Positions 21,200-30,482 of a stretch of DNA of 64,000 bases are shown here, in pieces. This stretch comes from an uncultured OCS116 cluster bacterium (GTDB taxonomy: Bacteria; Pseudomonadota; Alphaproteobacteria; Rhizobiales; TMED25): the NCBI GenBank assembly GCA_902633855.1, contig CACPHU010000002.1, forward strand, positions 37,339 through 101,338, given 5' to 3'. Position numbers and translations under genes: made by a program. The notes under the pieces were generated by a model. That model was not told the origin of the DNA. It made no database searches and was given only the letters and a program-made list of their open reading frames with translations. How positions within the stretch are numbered: position 1 is the stretch's first letter; each line of letters starts with the position of its first letter.

Positions 21200-21937
21200 T
21201 TAAAACTCTTCTTCATCAGTTTGGTAGTTATCATCTACATCTTCAGCTACCATTTGAGCATCAATTTGACGACTAAAGTAGTTGATAAATTCATCACTAA
21301 AATTTTCAAGATTCGAAGTCACACGTGCAATATCGCTTGAAATTTTATTATAAAACATAACAGCTGGTATGGCCGCAAATAACCCAATGGCTGTTGCGAA
21401 AAGCGCCTCCGCAATTCCAGGGGCTACCACAGTAAGGTTGGTACTTTTTGAGGCGGCAATTGCTGAAAAACTATTCATTATCCCATATACCGTTCCAAAA
21501 AGACCTATGAACGGAGCTGTTGAACCTACAGAGGCTAAAAATAATAATTTCTTTTCTAGTTTATCTAATTCGATATTCATCTGCACATTCATGGCCTTCT
21601 CAATTCTTCCTTTGACCCCATCAATCGACATATTCTTATGTATTTTGAAAGTCGTATTCCATTCCTTAATTCCGGCATTAAAGATTTTTGCCATAGGGTT
21701 ATTTCTTGAATTCCGATAAGCGGCATCGATATCATTAATGTTACTGCTCCAAAAATCACGATAAAATTTTATTGCATTACGGTTTACTAATTTTATTAAA
21801 ATTAATTTCTCAAATATGATTGCCCATGAGATTACTGAAGTAATCATAAGCCCGAGCATAACCAATTTTACAACCAAGTCTGCCTCAGAAAAGAGACCCA
21901 TCAAACTTAGGTCAGTTGTGACTAGTGATTCATCCAT
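21200..21937 (-). CDS. tolQ: TolQ (MotA/TolQ/ExbB proton channel family)
   Basis: 245 aa, three TM segments, with channel motifs GSTAPFIGLFGTVYGIM and GIAEALFATAIGLFAAIPA. Confidence 0.9.
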   Translation of the reverse strand: MDESLVTTDLSLMGLFSEADLVVKLVMLGLMITSVISWAIIFEKLILIKLVNRNAIKFYRDFWSSNINDIDAAYRNSRNNPMAKIFNAGIKEWNTTFKIHKNMSIDGVKGRIEKAMNVQMNIELDKLEKKLLFLASVGSTAPFIGLFGTVYGIMNSFSAIAASKSTNLTVVAPGIAEALFATAIGLFAAIPAVMFYNKISSDIARVTSNLENFSDEFINYFSRQIDAQMVAEDVDDNYQTDEEEF

Positions 21938-22035
21938 TAATTAACTATTTTATCTATGTTTCTATGTAATGCTCTAATAATAATATTAAATATAAATTAA
22001 AATCAAAGATAGACTAGAAATATGACCAGATTTTG

Positions 22036-23004
22036 TCATTTGCGTATTTGATTTAGTCTATTTTTTATATCTTCTGCAGATTTTTTTGATAACAAACGAC
22101 CTCGAGGTGTCCTATTTATTAGTCCTTTTTGAATCAAATAGGGCTCAACTACGTCCTCTAAGACGTCACGCGCTTCTCCCATTGATGCAGCAATTGAGTC
22201 AACTCCAGCAGGTCCACCGTCATAATTTTCTATAATGCACTCGAGGTATCTATAATCAAGCGAATTAAGCCCAATATCGTCTACTTCAAGTTCTTGCAAA
22301 GACAGCCGCGTAAGATCAACATTAATACCATCCAATTTATTGTATACAGAATAATCGTGTACTCTGCGAAGTAATCTATTTGCAATTCTTGGTGTTCCCC
22401 TCGACCTTTTAGCAATTTCAATCGCTGAAGCGTCGTCGATTATAATTGCTAACTCATGGGCAGCTTTTTTAACCACCATTGTAAGATCTTCAGTTTTATA
22501 AAAATCGAGTGTTATTGGTATCCCAAATCTCTCCCTCAATGGATTGGAAATCAAACCAAGCCTTGTTGTTGCGCCAATAAGAGTGAAAGGAGAAAGTTCA
22601 ATCCTAACTGACTTCGCTGCAGGGCCTTCACCAATTAGTATATCAAGAACATAGTCCTCCATTGCGGCATAAAGTACCTCTTCTACACTGTTACTCAGCC
22701 TGTGTATTTCATCTATAAAGAGTACATCATTCTGCTCCATATTACTAAGTATCGCCGCAAGATCTCCAGCCTTTGTTATAAGTGGTCCTGATGTAACTCT
22801 GATATTTACGTTTAGCTCGTTCGCAATAATATTCGCTAAGGTAGTCTTCCCAAGTCCTGGTGGTCCAGCCAAGAGCACATGATCGAGGCTACTTTCACGT
22901 TCTTTTGCAGATTGAATGAAAACTTCTAAATTTTTTCTGACTAAGTTTTGACCTATAAATTGATCGAGTAACCTTGGTCGATAAATTCTAATATCATTAT
23001 CCAT
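22036..23004 (-). CDS. ruvB: Holliday junction branch migration helicase RuvB
   Basis: 322 aa with Walker [10 protein letters not shown] and Walker [10 protein letters not shown]. Confidence 0.95.
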   Translation of the reverse strand: MDNDIRIYRPRLLDQFIGQNLVRKNLEVFIQSAKERESSLDHVLLAGPPGLGKTTLANIIANELNVNIRVTSGPLITKAGDLAAILSNMEQNDVLFIDEIHRLSNSVEEVLYAAMEDYVLDILIGEGPAAKSVRIELSPFTLIGATTRLGLISNPLRERFGIPITLDFYKTEDLTMVVKKAAHELAIIIDDASAIEIAKRSRGTPRIANRLLRRVHDYSVYNKLDGINVDLTRLSLQELEVDDIGLNSLDYRYLECIIENYDGGPAGVDSIAASMGEARDVLEDVVEPYLIQKGLINRTPRGRLLSKKSAEDIKNRLNQIRK

Positions 23005-23582
23005 TAGTCAGATCTCCTAAGGGCTTCTTTAATGAGGTCTTCTATACTTGCTCCATCATTAATATCACTCTTTATTTTTTGGATAAGGCTTAATGCTTCC
23101 GTTCGACTATAACCGAGGTTTATCAGGGCCGAATTGATACTATTCCGTTTTGTGAGAGCCTCATTGTCATAATTATTTGATTGATCTGAATAAACATCTT
23201 TTAGTTCAGTAATTATCCTTTTTGCAACTTTTGCACCTACACCAGGAGCTGAACAAATTGATTTTTCATCACCATTTCCAATATGATTCCCAAGTTCTTT
23301 AACCGAAAAGAAGCCTATGATAGTCATAGCTAATTTTGCACCAACTCCCTGAACAGTCTGCAATGTTGAGAATGCCTTTTTCTCTTCAAGAGATAAAAAA
23401 CCATAAAGATTGATTGTATCGTCCCTCAAAATTGTTTGAATATATAGTGAAATAAATTTGTTCTTTTCGATTGCATTAATTGATCTCTCTGGGCACAATA
23501 CCTCATATCCTAACCCATTCACATCAACAATTACTTGATTACCATTAACTGCTTCAACATTACCTTTAATTTTTGCGATCAT
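23004..23582 (-). CDS. ruvA: Holliday junction DNA-binding protein RuvA
   Basis: 192 aa with helix-hairpin-helix motifs ([21 protein letters not shown]). Overlaps ruvB by 1 nt. Confidence 0.9.
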   Translation of the reverse strand: MIAKIKGNVEAVNGNQVIVDVNGLGYEVLCPERSINAIEKNKFISLYIQTILRDDTINLYGFLSLEEKKAFSTLQTVQGVGAKLAMTIIGFFSVKELGNHIGNGDEKSICSAPGVGAKVAKRIITELKDVYSDQSNNYDNEALTKRNSINSALINLGYSRTEALSLIQKIKSDINDGASIEDLIKEALRRSD

Positions 23583-24076
23583 GCAATTGCCCTCGCTATT
23601 TTATTATGCCTTTGATTTGCATGTGTAATTGCAATTGCTAACGCATCCGAAACATCAGAGGTACCATTAATTTTTTTTGAGAGAAGGATATTAACCATAT
23701 GAGCAATCTGATTTTTATCTGCGTGACCTTTTCCAACGATACTTTTTTTTATCTGATTTGGAGCATACTCGTAGCATTTTATGTTCATCATTGACAGTGA
23801 TAGCATTATTGCGCCTCTTGCGTGCCCAAGCTTGAGACTTGAAAGAGCATTGTTATTGACAAATGTTTGCTCTATAGCGGCCTCATCAGGTAAAAAATTA
23901 CCCAAAACCGATGACAAATCTCTATGTATATCATGAAGTCTATCTGGGAGGTCTTGACCTGTTTTAACTTTTATTAAACCATGATCAATATGTTTAATTA
24001 AATTTCCCTCAACAGTTATAAGCCCCCAACCCGTATGTATTAGGCCAGGGTCAATTCCAATAATTTTTTTTAACAT
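23579..24076 (-). CDS. ruvC: Crossover junction endodeoxyribonuclease RuvC
   Basis: 165 aa with the N-terminal catalytic segment IIGIDPGLIHTGWG. Overlaps ruvA by 4 nt. Confidence 0.9.
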   Translation of the reverse strand: MLKKIIGIDPGLIHTGWGLITVEGNLIKHIDHGLIKVKTGQDLPDRLHDIHRDLSSVLGNFLPDEAAIEQTFVNNNALSSLKLGHARGAIMLSLSMMNIKCYEYAPNQIKKSIVGKGHADKNQIAHMVNILLSKKINGTSDVSDALAIAITHANQRHNKIARAIA

Positions 24077-24094
24077 TATGCGTATCTTCTTTAT

Positions 24095-24829
24095 TCATGA
24101 AATAAAGTCATCCGGTATATCGAAATTAAAATAAATGTCTTGAACATCATCATTATCATCAAGCAATTCTATCAAGCGATCAATTTTTGTAAAAGTATCC
24201 TGATCAATAACAATATTATTTTCAGGTTTCCAAATTATTTTCATTAAATTTGCATCACCAAATTTCTCTTCTAGCTTCTCACCTAGTGAGTGTAAGTCTG
24301 ATGGTTGACAATAAATTTCATAACTATCATCGGAAATATCACAATCTTCGGCTCCTTGATCAATCGATAACTCAATTATTTCATCCTCGCTTGACTTAGA
24401 TCGATCAAACTCAATTAGACCTATCTTACTAAAAAGAAAGGATACAGAGCCTGTCTCAGCTAGATTTCCACCACACTTTGTAAATATTGATCTAATATCA
24501 CCTGCAGTTCTATTCTTATTATCAGTTAGCGTTTCTATTATAAAGCCGGTCCCGCCGGGACCAAAACCCTCATAACGAACCTCATCAAAGTTTACCCCAC
24601 CAGCATCTTGGCTTTTCTTTACCGCACGCTCAATATTGTCTTTTGGCATATTTTGCGCTCTTGCAGCTTGAATTGCCGATCTTAATCTTGGGTTCATTCC
24701 TGGATCAGGCAGACCCAGCTTAGCGGCAACTGTTATCTCCTTAGCTAGCTTTGAAAACATTTTTGCTCTTTTCTTATCTTGAGCTCCCTTCCGATATTGT
24801 ATATTTTTAAATTTAGAGTGTCCTGCCAT
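24095..24829 (-). CDS. YebC/PmpR family DNA-binding transcriptional regulator
   Basis: 244 aa with the hallmark N-terminus MAGHSKFKNIQYRKGAQDKKRAK and ...NPRLRSAIQAARAQNMPKDNIERA. Confidence 0.9.
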   Translation of the reverse strand: MAGHSKFKNIQYRKGAQDKKRAKMFSKLAKEITVAAKLGLPDPGMNPRLRSAIQAARAQNMPKDNIERAVKKSQDAGGVNFDEVRYEGFGPGGTGFIIETLTDNKNRTAGDIRSIFTKCGGNLAETGSVSFLFSKIGLIEFDRSKSSEDEIIELSIDQGAEDCDISDDSYEIYCQPSDLHSLGEKLEEKFGDANLMKIIWKPENNIVIDQDTFTKIDRLIELLDDNDDVQDIYFNFDIPDDFIS

Positions 24830-24877
24830 TAAAATATCCTTTTTCCGTACTCTACTCTCGATAAGTTAATTTAATGT

Positions 24878-25690
24878 TCAAAAATCTGGTAATTCATCAT
24901 CAAAAACTCCTCCAAATTTAATTGGAGAAATATTTGAAATTAGACCGTCGCTATTTGTCTCAAACAATATCCCAGAGAATGTACCTTCACCCTTTGCTGG
25001 GGTAAAACGTCCACCTGGAATTCCTGAAATAAATTTTTCAAGTGGGTTTTGCTTATCAAAACCCAAAACTGAGTCATAATCACCACTCATACCAACATCA
25101 GAGATATAACCTGTCCCTTTGCTTAATATTCTTGCATCAGACGTAGGAATATGGGTATGTGTGCCTGCTACCATACTTACTCTCCCATCTAAATAATATC
25201 CCATTGCTAACTTCTCTGATGTTGCTTCTGCATGAAAATCAACAAAGATTGCATCAGCAACATTATTTAAGCCATTGTTATCGATAATATCATCAATTAT
25301 TCTAAACGGATCATCCAGAGGATTCATAAAGACTCTACCCATTATGTTGATGACCAGTATCTGCTCACCATTTTTAGCTTTATACAAGAATGACCCTTTA
25401 CCGGGCGTTCCCTCAGGATAATTGGCTGGTCGCAACAATCGAGTCTCTCTGTCAATATAAATCAGTGTTTCTTTTTGGTCCCAAATATGATTCCCAGACG
25501 TTACCACATCGATACCAGAGTCAATAAAACTGTGCAGAATTTTTTCTGTTATTCCAAATCCTGATGCTGAGTTTTCGCCATTAGCTATTACAAAATCAAG
25601 TTTATATCTATCCCGAATTCTTGTGAGATTTTGAGTCACAACTCTTCTTCCAGACTCTCCGACAATATCACCGATAAACAATACCCGCAT
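24878..25690 (-). CDS. YmdB-like metallophosphoesterase (TIGR00282 type)
   Basis: 270 aa with calcineurin-like motifs MRVLFIGDIVG, ANGEN, SGNHIWD and FHAEATSEK. Confidence 0.85.
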   Translation of the reverse strand: MRVLFIGDIVGESGRRVVTQNLTRIRDRYKLDFVIANGENSASGFGITEKILHSFIDSGIDVVTSGNHIWDQKETLIYIDRETRLLRPANYPEGTPGKGSFLYKAKNGEQILVINIMGRVFMNPLDDPFRIIDDIIDNNGLNNVADAIFVDFHAEATSEKLAMGYYLDGRVSMVAGTHTHIPTSDARILSKGTGYISDVGMSGDYDSVLGFDKQNPLEKFISGIPGGRFTPAKGEGTFSGILFETNSDGLISNISPIKFGGVFDDELPDF

Positions 25691-25725
25691 TTATATTTCC
25701 AGTTTAAAATTATAAATTTACTAAA

Positions 25726-26286
25726 TTATATTTCATCTAAATTAACCAGAAAATCAAGCTTTTGATCATGTTCTGCACGAGGTAATTTTGGTATTATTTG
25801 AGCTGGGTAACAGATCCCAATAAATTTAGTATTATCTTTTTGTCTAAAATGCTGAATGGTCCTATCATAAAAACCGCCGCCATATCCTAAACGATGAAGA
25901 CTCTTATCGAAAAGGAGTCCAGGTACCAATACAATTTCTGGGATAGATAATATCCCATCGACTGGTTCATGAATTTTATATCTGTTCTTCACAAGTGATT
26001 TTTTCATATTCCATATTCTAAAATCCAGGATTTTCTTTTCGGTGATACATGGAAGAGCAATTTGATAACCAATTGACGAAAGGAGCTGAAGTAGCGGTAG
26101 GATATTTAATTCATTATTTATAGGATAATACCCAGCAATGGTCTGACTTGATCCCAGAAAACTTAAATTCATTTCTGTGAGCTTCTTCTCATATAATAAT
26201 TTTTCAGATGACTTGATTAGTTTCATATCCTTTAGCGCATTAGCCCTAAGTTGAGATTTCTCAAATTTTGTACTTTCTAAGCTCAA
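25726..26286 (-). CDS. 5-formyltetrahydrofolate cyclo-ligase
   Basis: 186 aa from a TTG start. The C-terminal GYGGGFYDR motif and the position immediately downstream of the zapA-6S locus match the E. coli zapA-ssrS-ygfA arrangement. Confidence 0.8.
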   Translation of the reverse strand: MSLESTKFEKSQLRANALKDMKLIKSSEKLLYEKKLTEMNLSFLGSSQTIAGYYPINNELNILPLLQLLSSIGYQIALPCITEKKILDFRIWNMKKSLVKNRYKIHEPVDGILSIPEIVLVPGLLFDKSLHRLGYGGGFYDRTIQHFRQKDNTKFIGICYPAQIIPKLPRAEHDQKLDFLVNLDEI

Positions 26287-26299
26287 ATTTTATTCCCAC

Positions 26300-26455
26300 G
26301 ATTTCAAGCCACACGACCGTGGATTTGGCAATCCTTGGCTCCTAATAAATAGGTGGGCACCAAATGATATAGACCACGATCTAAATCAGTGTTAGTTCCC
26401 ATTTGAATTGCTATGGCGCCAGGAATAGTTATCTCACGAGTCGCATAGCCACTTT
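26300..26455 (-). ncRNA. ssrS: Probable 6S RNA (ends approximate)
   Basis: The 211-nt spacer sits exactly between zapA and the 5-FCL gene, the conserved ssrS position. On the minus strand, GGCUAUGCGACUCGUG (26450..26435) can pair with CACGGUCGUGUGGCU (26321..26307) as a long closing stem. UCCUGGC/GCCAAGGA forms an inner stem and UAGAU-CGUG-GUCUA an apical hairpin. Unpaired internal regions are consistent with a central bubble. Confidence 0.55.
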
Positions 26456-26497
26456 AAATTATATCATTTAATTTGAAAAATAAAATTTGAATCTATT

Positions 26498-26854
26498 TTA
26501 GGTTGATAATGATTTGCTTATTTCGTTTAATTTATTTGTAAGCAGCTCAATATCTGTTAGAAGTAATTCTTCCAAGGAATGGCTATCCTCCTTGAACATA
26601 TCATTCTTTTTTTGCAGCTGCTGAACATCATTTTGGATCTCTTCGATTTGCGATAATGCATCGGATAGCTTATCGGCAATCAATAGTCCTGCCATCACAT
26701 ATATTCTGGCATCTCCAATATGACCGAATCTTCCCTGCAACTGATCAACGTGCCGAGAAAAAAAAGAGGCGAGCTCCTTTAACCTAGCCTCCTCTCCATC
26801 TTCACATGCAATTTGAAAAGTTCTGTTATTAATATTTACTGTGACTTTACCCAT
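26498..26854 (-). CDS. zapA: Cell division protein ZapA
   Basis: 118 aa. N-terminal beta segment VTVNINNRTFQIACEDGEEARLKELA, then a long C-terminal coiled coil. Synteny with 6S RNA and 5-FCL. Confidence 0.85.
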   Translation of the reverse strand: MGKVTVNINNRTFQIACEDGEEARLKELASFFSRHVDQLQGRFGHIGDARIYVMAGLLIADKLSDALSQIEEIQNDVQQLQKKNDMFKEDSHSLEELLLTDIELLTNKLNEISKSLST

Positions 26855-26890
26855 TTTGAATTACGCAAACATTACATACAAACAAATTCT

Positions 26891-27211
26891 CTATTTTAAG
26901 AAATTACGATACGTTTTAATCATTTCAGAAATTCTTGTCTCTACTTCCTGATTTGCACCCTTCAGTTTACTATTTTTTTGTTTTAATTCTTCTAACTTAT
27001 GGAGCAGTCCTATATTTTCATCATTAAGTTTCTTTATTTCATCTGCCATATCAGCGGTATCATTTGCTTGGGACTTAGACAAATCTCTATTTTTTTTTAG
27101 TTCGTCAATTGCTGTATGTAATTTTTCTAATGCAGATGCAAGGCGTGGGCTTATAACGTCGAGATTTTGATTATTTAAGTCAACTTCATTTTTCAAATTA
27201 TATTGGCTCAT
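26891..27211 (-). CDS. Small coiled-coil protein upstream of zapA (DUF4164/ZauP-like)
   Basis: 106 aa, almost entirely heptad-like (LASALEKLHTAIDELKK..., LLHKLEELKQKNSKLK). It occupies the position held by the ZapA-associated coiled-coil protein in other Alphaproteobacteria. The family call was not verified. Confidence 0.5.
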   Translation of the reverse strand: MSQYNLKNEVDLNNQNLDVISPRLASALEKLHTAIDELKKNRDLSKSQANDTADMADEIKKLNDENIGLLHKLEELKQKNSKLKGANQEVETRISEMIKTYRNFLK

Positions 27212-27451
27212 TTATAATCCCATACAATTAATAATTAACACTGCGCTTCTGATGAAAACATTGTCCCCATAGAAATATAATATTAATGAAGAGTAAAAAG
27301 CAATAAAAAAAAAAATAAGATTTCTAACTAAATCAATGCTTTTCGTGTGTATTTTTAACAGGAAATACTAACTAAGATGTAAATATTGTTTGATAAAGTT
27401 TTTTATTGAATTATAAAAAAAAGGCAGGTTTTCTTTAAAAAGCATACAAAT

Positions 27452-29440
27452 ATGTCAAATCAAATTAATCACTATGAAATGGCTAATGCTATAAGAGCAC
27501 TATCAATTGACGCAATTGAAACTGCAAATAGTGGCCATCCCGGCCTGCCTCTTGGGATGGCTGATGTTGCAACAGTATTATTTAGTGAATTCCTAAATTT
27601 TGACGCAAAAGATCCTGATTGGATCAACCGTGATCGCTTCATACTATCAGGCGGGCATGGATCTATGCTGCTTTATTCCTTATTATATTTGCTTGGATAC
27701 GAGGATATGTCACTTGATGAAATTAAGAACTTCAGGCAACTAGGATCCAAAACAGCCGGACATCCGGAATACGGCCATGCAAAAGGTATTGAAACTACGA
27801 CTGGACCTTTGGGCCAAGGCTTAGCCAATGGAGTTGGAATGGCGTTATCTGAGAAATTATTATCTGAGAAATTTGGAAACCATTTAGTAAATCATAAGAC
27901 ATTTGTTATGGCCGGTGACGGTGATTTAATGGAAGGAATTTCCCAAGAGGCTATAAGTCTTGCCGGTCACCTGAAATTGAAGAAACTAACTCTTCTTTTT
28001 GATAGTAACAATATATCTATAGATGGACCCATTGCAAAAACTGACTCGACAAATCAAATAAAAAGATTTGAGGCTTCTGGCTGGAACGTCATTGAAATCA
28101 ACGGTCACAGCACAAAAGAAATTTTTAAAGCAATTAAAGATTCAAATTCATCAGATAAGCCCACAATGATTTTGTGCAGAACAATAATTGGATATGGATC
28201 ACCCAATAAACAGGGAACCGCCAGTGTTCACGGATCACCACTTGGTCAAGATGAGTATGATCTGACCAGAAAAGAACTTGGTATTAAATATGCAAAATTC
28301 CAGATACCAGCAGAAATTCTAAAAATGTGGAGGAGCGTTGGTATCAAAGGACAGAAACAGAAAAAAATTTGGAACGATAAGCTTCAAAAATTGCCGCCAA
28401 GCGTAAAAAAAGAGTTTAAAGATCAAATAGAAAAATTTGTACACCCCAGTGTATTTGCAAAATTGAATGAACTTAAGGCAGAGCTCAGAGAGGAGCCCCA
28501 GAACATAGCGACAAGGAAAGCGTCTGAGATTTGTCTGAAATATATTAACGATGCTACAGCAATTACTCTCGGCGGTTCTGCAGATTTGACAGGATCAAAT
28601 AATACAAAAACAGATAATATTAATCCTGTGACAGCTGGGGCATACGGCAGATATATTCATTATGGAATAAGAGAGCACGCAATGGGCGCAATTATGAATG
28701 GGGTATCCCTTCATGGTGGATTTATTCCATATGGGGGAACTTTTCTTATTTTTTCCGATTATTGTCGGCCTGCTATCAGATTAGCTGCTTTGATGCAACA
28801 ACAAGTGATTTATGTATTAACACATGACTCCATCGGGTTAGGTGAAGATGGCCCAACACATCAGCCAATAGAGCAGCTGTCAAGTCTGAGGGCAATACCA
28901 AATGTGAGTGTATTTCGTCCTGGATCAGCTATCGAGACCGTTGAGTGTTGGGAATTGGTATTAGAAAATAAGACCGGACCAAGCTTGTTGGCTCTATCAA
29001 GGCAAAATCTGAATGAATTTAGGCAGAGTCTTGATCTAGGATCAAAATATAACCCCTGTAAAAATGGTGCATATTGTGTAGCATCCAATTCAAAAAAACC
29101 TAAATTTGCAATATTTGCATCTGGCTCTGAAGTGAATATTGCGCTTGAAGCTTACCAAGAATTATCACGGTTAAACAGAGAAGTTAGCGTTTACTCAGTA
29201 CCTTGTCTAGATTATTTCAATTCGCAAGATAATGACTTCAGGGAAAGTATAATTAGTAACGCTACTTGTAATATAGTAGTAGAGGCTGGAGTTTCTCAAG
29301 GTTGGGATAAAATATTAAGGGATAATGGAATATTTATCGGGATGTCAACATTTGGAGCAAGCGGGCCATATAAAGACTTGTATAAAAATTTTAATATTAC
29401 CAAAGAACGCATAATAGATGTAATCTTAAATAGCAAATAA
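27452..29440 (+). CDS. tkt: Transketolase
   Basis: 662 aa with SGHPG, the ThDP motif GDGDLMEGIS and conserved His residues. Confidence 0.95.
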   Translation: MSNQINHYEMANAIRALSIDAIETANSGHPGLPLGMADVATVLFSEFLNFDAKDPDWINRDRFILSGGHGSMLLYSLLYLLGYEDMSLDEIKNFRQLGSKTAGHPEYGHAKGIETTTGPLGQGLANGVGMALSEKLLSEKFGNHLVNHKTFVMAGDGDLMEGISQEAISLAGHLKLKKLTLLFDSNNISIDGPIAKTDSTNQIKRFEASGWNVIEINGHSTKEIFKAIKDSNSSDKPTMILCRTIIGYGSPNKQGTASVHGSPLGQDEYDLTRKELGIKYAKFQIPAEILKMWRSVGIKGQKQKKIWNDKLQKLPPSVKKEFKDQIEKFVHPSVFAKLNELKAELREEPQNIATRKASEICLKYINDATAITLGGSADLTGSNNTKTDNINPVTAGAYGRYIHYGIREHAMGAIMNGVSLHGGFIPYGGTFLIFSDYCRPAIRLAALMQQQVIYVLTHDSIGLGEDGPTHQPIEQLSSLRAIPNVSVFRPGSAIETVECWELVLENKTGPSLLALSRQNLNEFRQSLDLGSKYNPCKNGAYCVASNSKKPKFAIFASGSEVNIALEAYQELSRLNREVSVYSVPCLDYFNSQDNDFRESIISNATCNIVVEAGVSQGWDKILRDNGIFIGMSTFGASGPYKDLYKNFNITKERIIDVILNSK

Positions 29441-29456
29441 ATAGTTGGCTTAAGAA

Positions 29457-30467
29457 ATGACAATAAAAGTAGCAATAAACGGTTTTGGTCGTATCGGCAG
29501 AAATGTCGCGCGCGCAATTATTAGCGATCACTCTCATGAAATTGATTTGTTAGCAATCAATGACTCAGCTCCGGTTGAAACAAATCTGCATCTACTGAAA
29601 TATGACTCAATACACGGGACATTAGCAGTTAAAATGGAAAAAATAAACTCCGATTTATTTAAAATTAATAAAAAACAAATAAAAAAATTTTCGTCCAAAG
29701 ATCCGAAAGATATACCATGGGGCGAACTTGATATTGATTTAGTGCTTGAGTGTACGGGTAAGTTTAATGACAAAAAATTATCTGTTAAACATATCAATGC
29801 TGGCGCGAAAAAAGTATTAGTATCGGCACCTGCAAAAGGTGTGGATATAACAGCAGTTTTTGGAGTAAATCATTTAGAAATCAAACCCGATCATAAGATA
29901 ATATCAAACGCTTCATGTACAACAAATGCCCTCGCACCACTGGCAATGGTCCTTAATGATACAGTGGGAATTGATACTGCTTTTATGACAACAATACACT
30001 CCTACACTGGTGATCAACCTACGCTGGACAGAAATCACAAAGATTTATATCGATCAAGATCGGCTGCACAATCAATTATTCCAACAACAACCGGAGCGGC
30101 AATTTCAGTTGGTGAGGTGATTCCTCAGTTGAAAGGAAAAATAGATGGAATTGCCATGCGGGTTCCAATACCAAATGTATCTGCGATCGATTTAAAATTT
30201 ACAACAAATAAAGATACTAGCATAAATCAGATCAACGAAATTCTAGTTCAAGCTTCAAAAAATCAGTTCCAAAATATTCTAAATACTACAAATGATAAAC
30301 TTGTATCCGTTGATATTAATCACGATAGCCATTCAGCAGTTATCGCATTAGATCAAACTCGGGTTACAAATAAAAAATTAGTAAGGGTTATGGCTTGGTA
30401 CGATAATGAATGGGGATTTTCACAAAGAATGTGTGATATGGCCAGACATATCAGTAGCCTTCCATGA
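29457..30467 (+). CDS. gap: Glyceraldehyde-3-phosphate dehydrogenase
   Basis: 336 aa with NGFGRIGR and the active-site segment SNASCTTN. Confidence 0.95.
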   Translation: MTIKVAINGFGRIGRNVARAIISDHSHEIDLLAINDSAPVETNLHLLKYDSIHGTLAVKMEKINSDLFKINKKQIKKFSSKDPKDIPWGELDIDLVLECTGKFNDKKLSVKHINAGAKKVLVSAPAKGVDITAVFGVNHLEIKPDHKIISNASCTTNALAPLAMVLNDTVGIDTAFMTTIHSYTGDQPTLDRNHKDLYRSRSAAQSIIPTTTGAAISVGEVIPQLKGKIDGIAMRVPIPNVSAIDLKFTTNKDTSINQINEILVQASKNQFQNILNTTNDKLVSVDINHDSHSAVIALDQTRVTNKKLVRVMAWYDNEWGFSQRMCDMARHISSLP

Positions 30468-30482
30468 TAATGGATTGATCTT

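Noticed and set aside
27212-27451. A 240-nt A/T-rich divergent spacer where gene orientation switches from minus to plus. I considered it as a replication origin or an sRNA locus. TTGTCCCCA vaguely resembles a DnaA box.
   Set aside because: There are no clustered DnaA boxes and no TTAA-N7-TTAA sites. Origin-linked genes (dnaA, parAB, hemE) are absent, and similar orientation switches occur at 56779..56931 and elsewhere. I saw no convincing hairpin or terminator for an sRNA. GC-skew analysis of the full genome would be needed.
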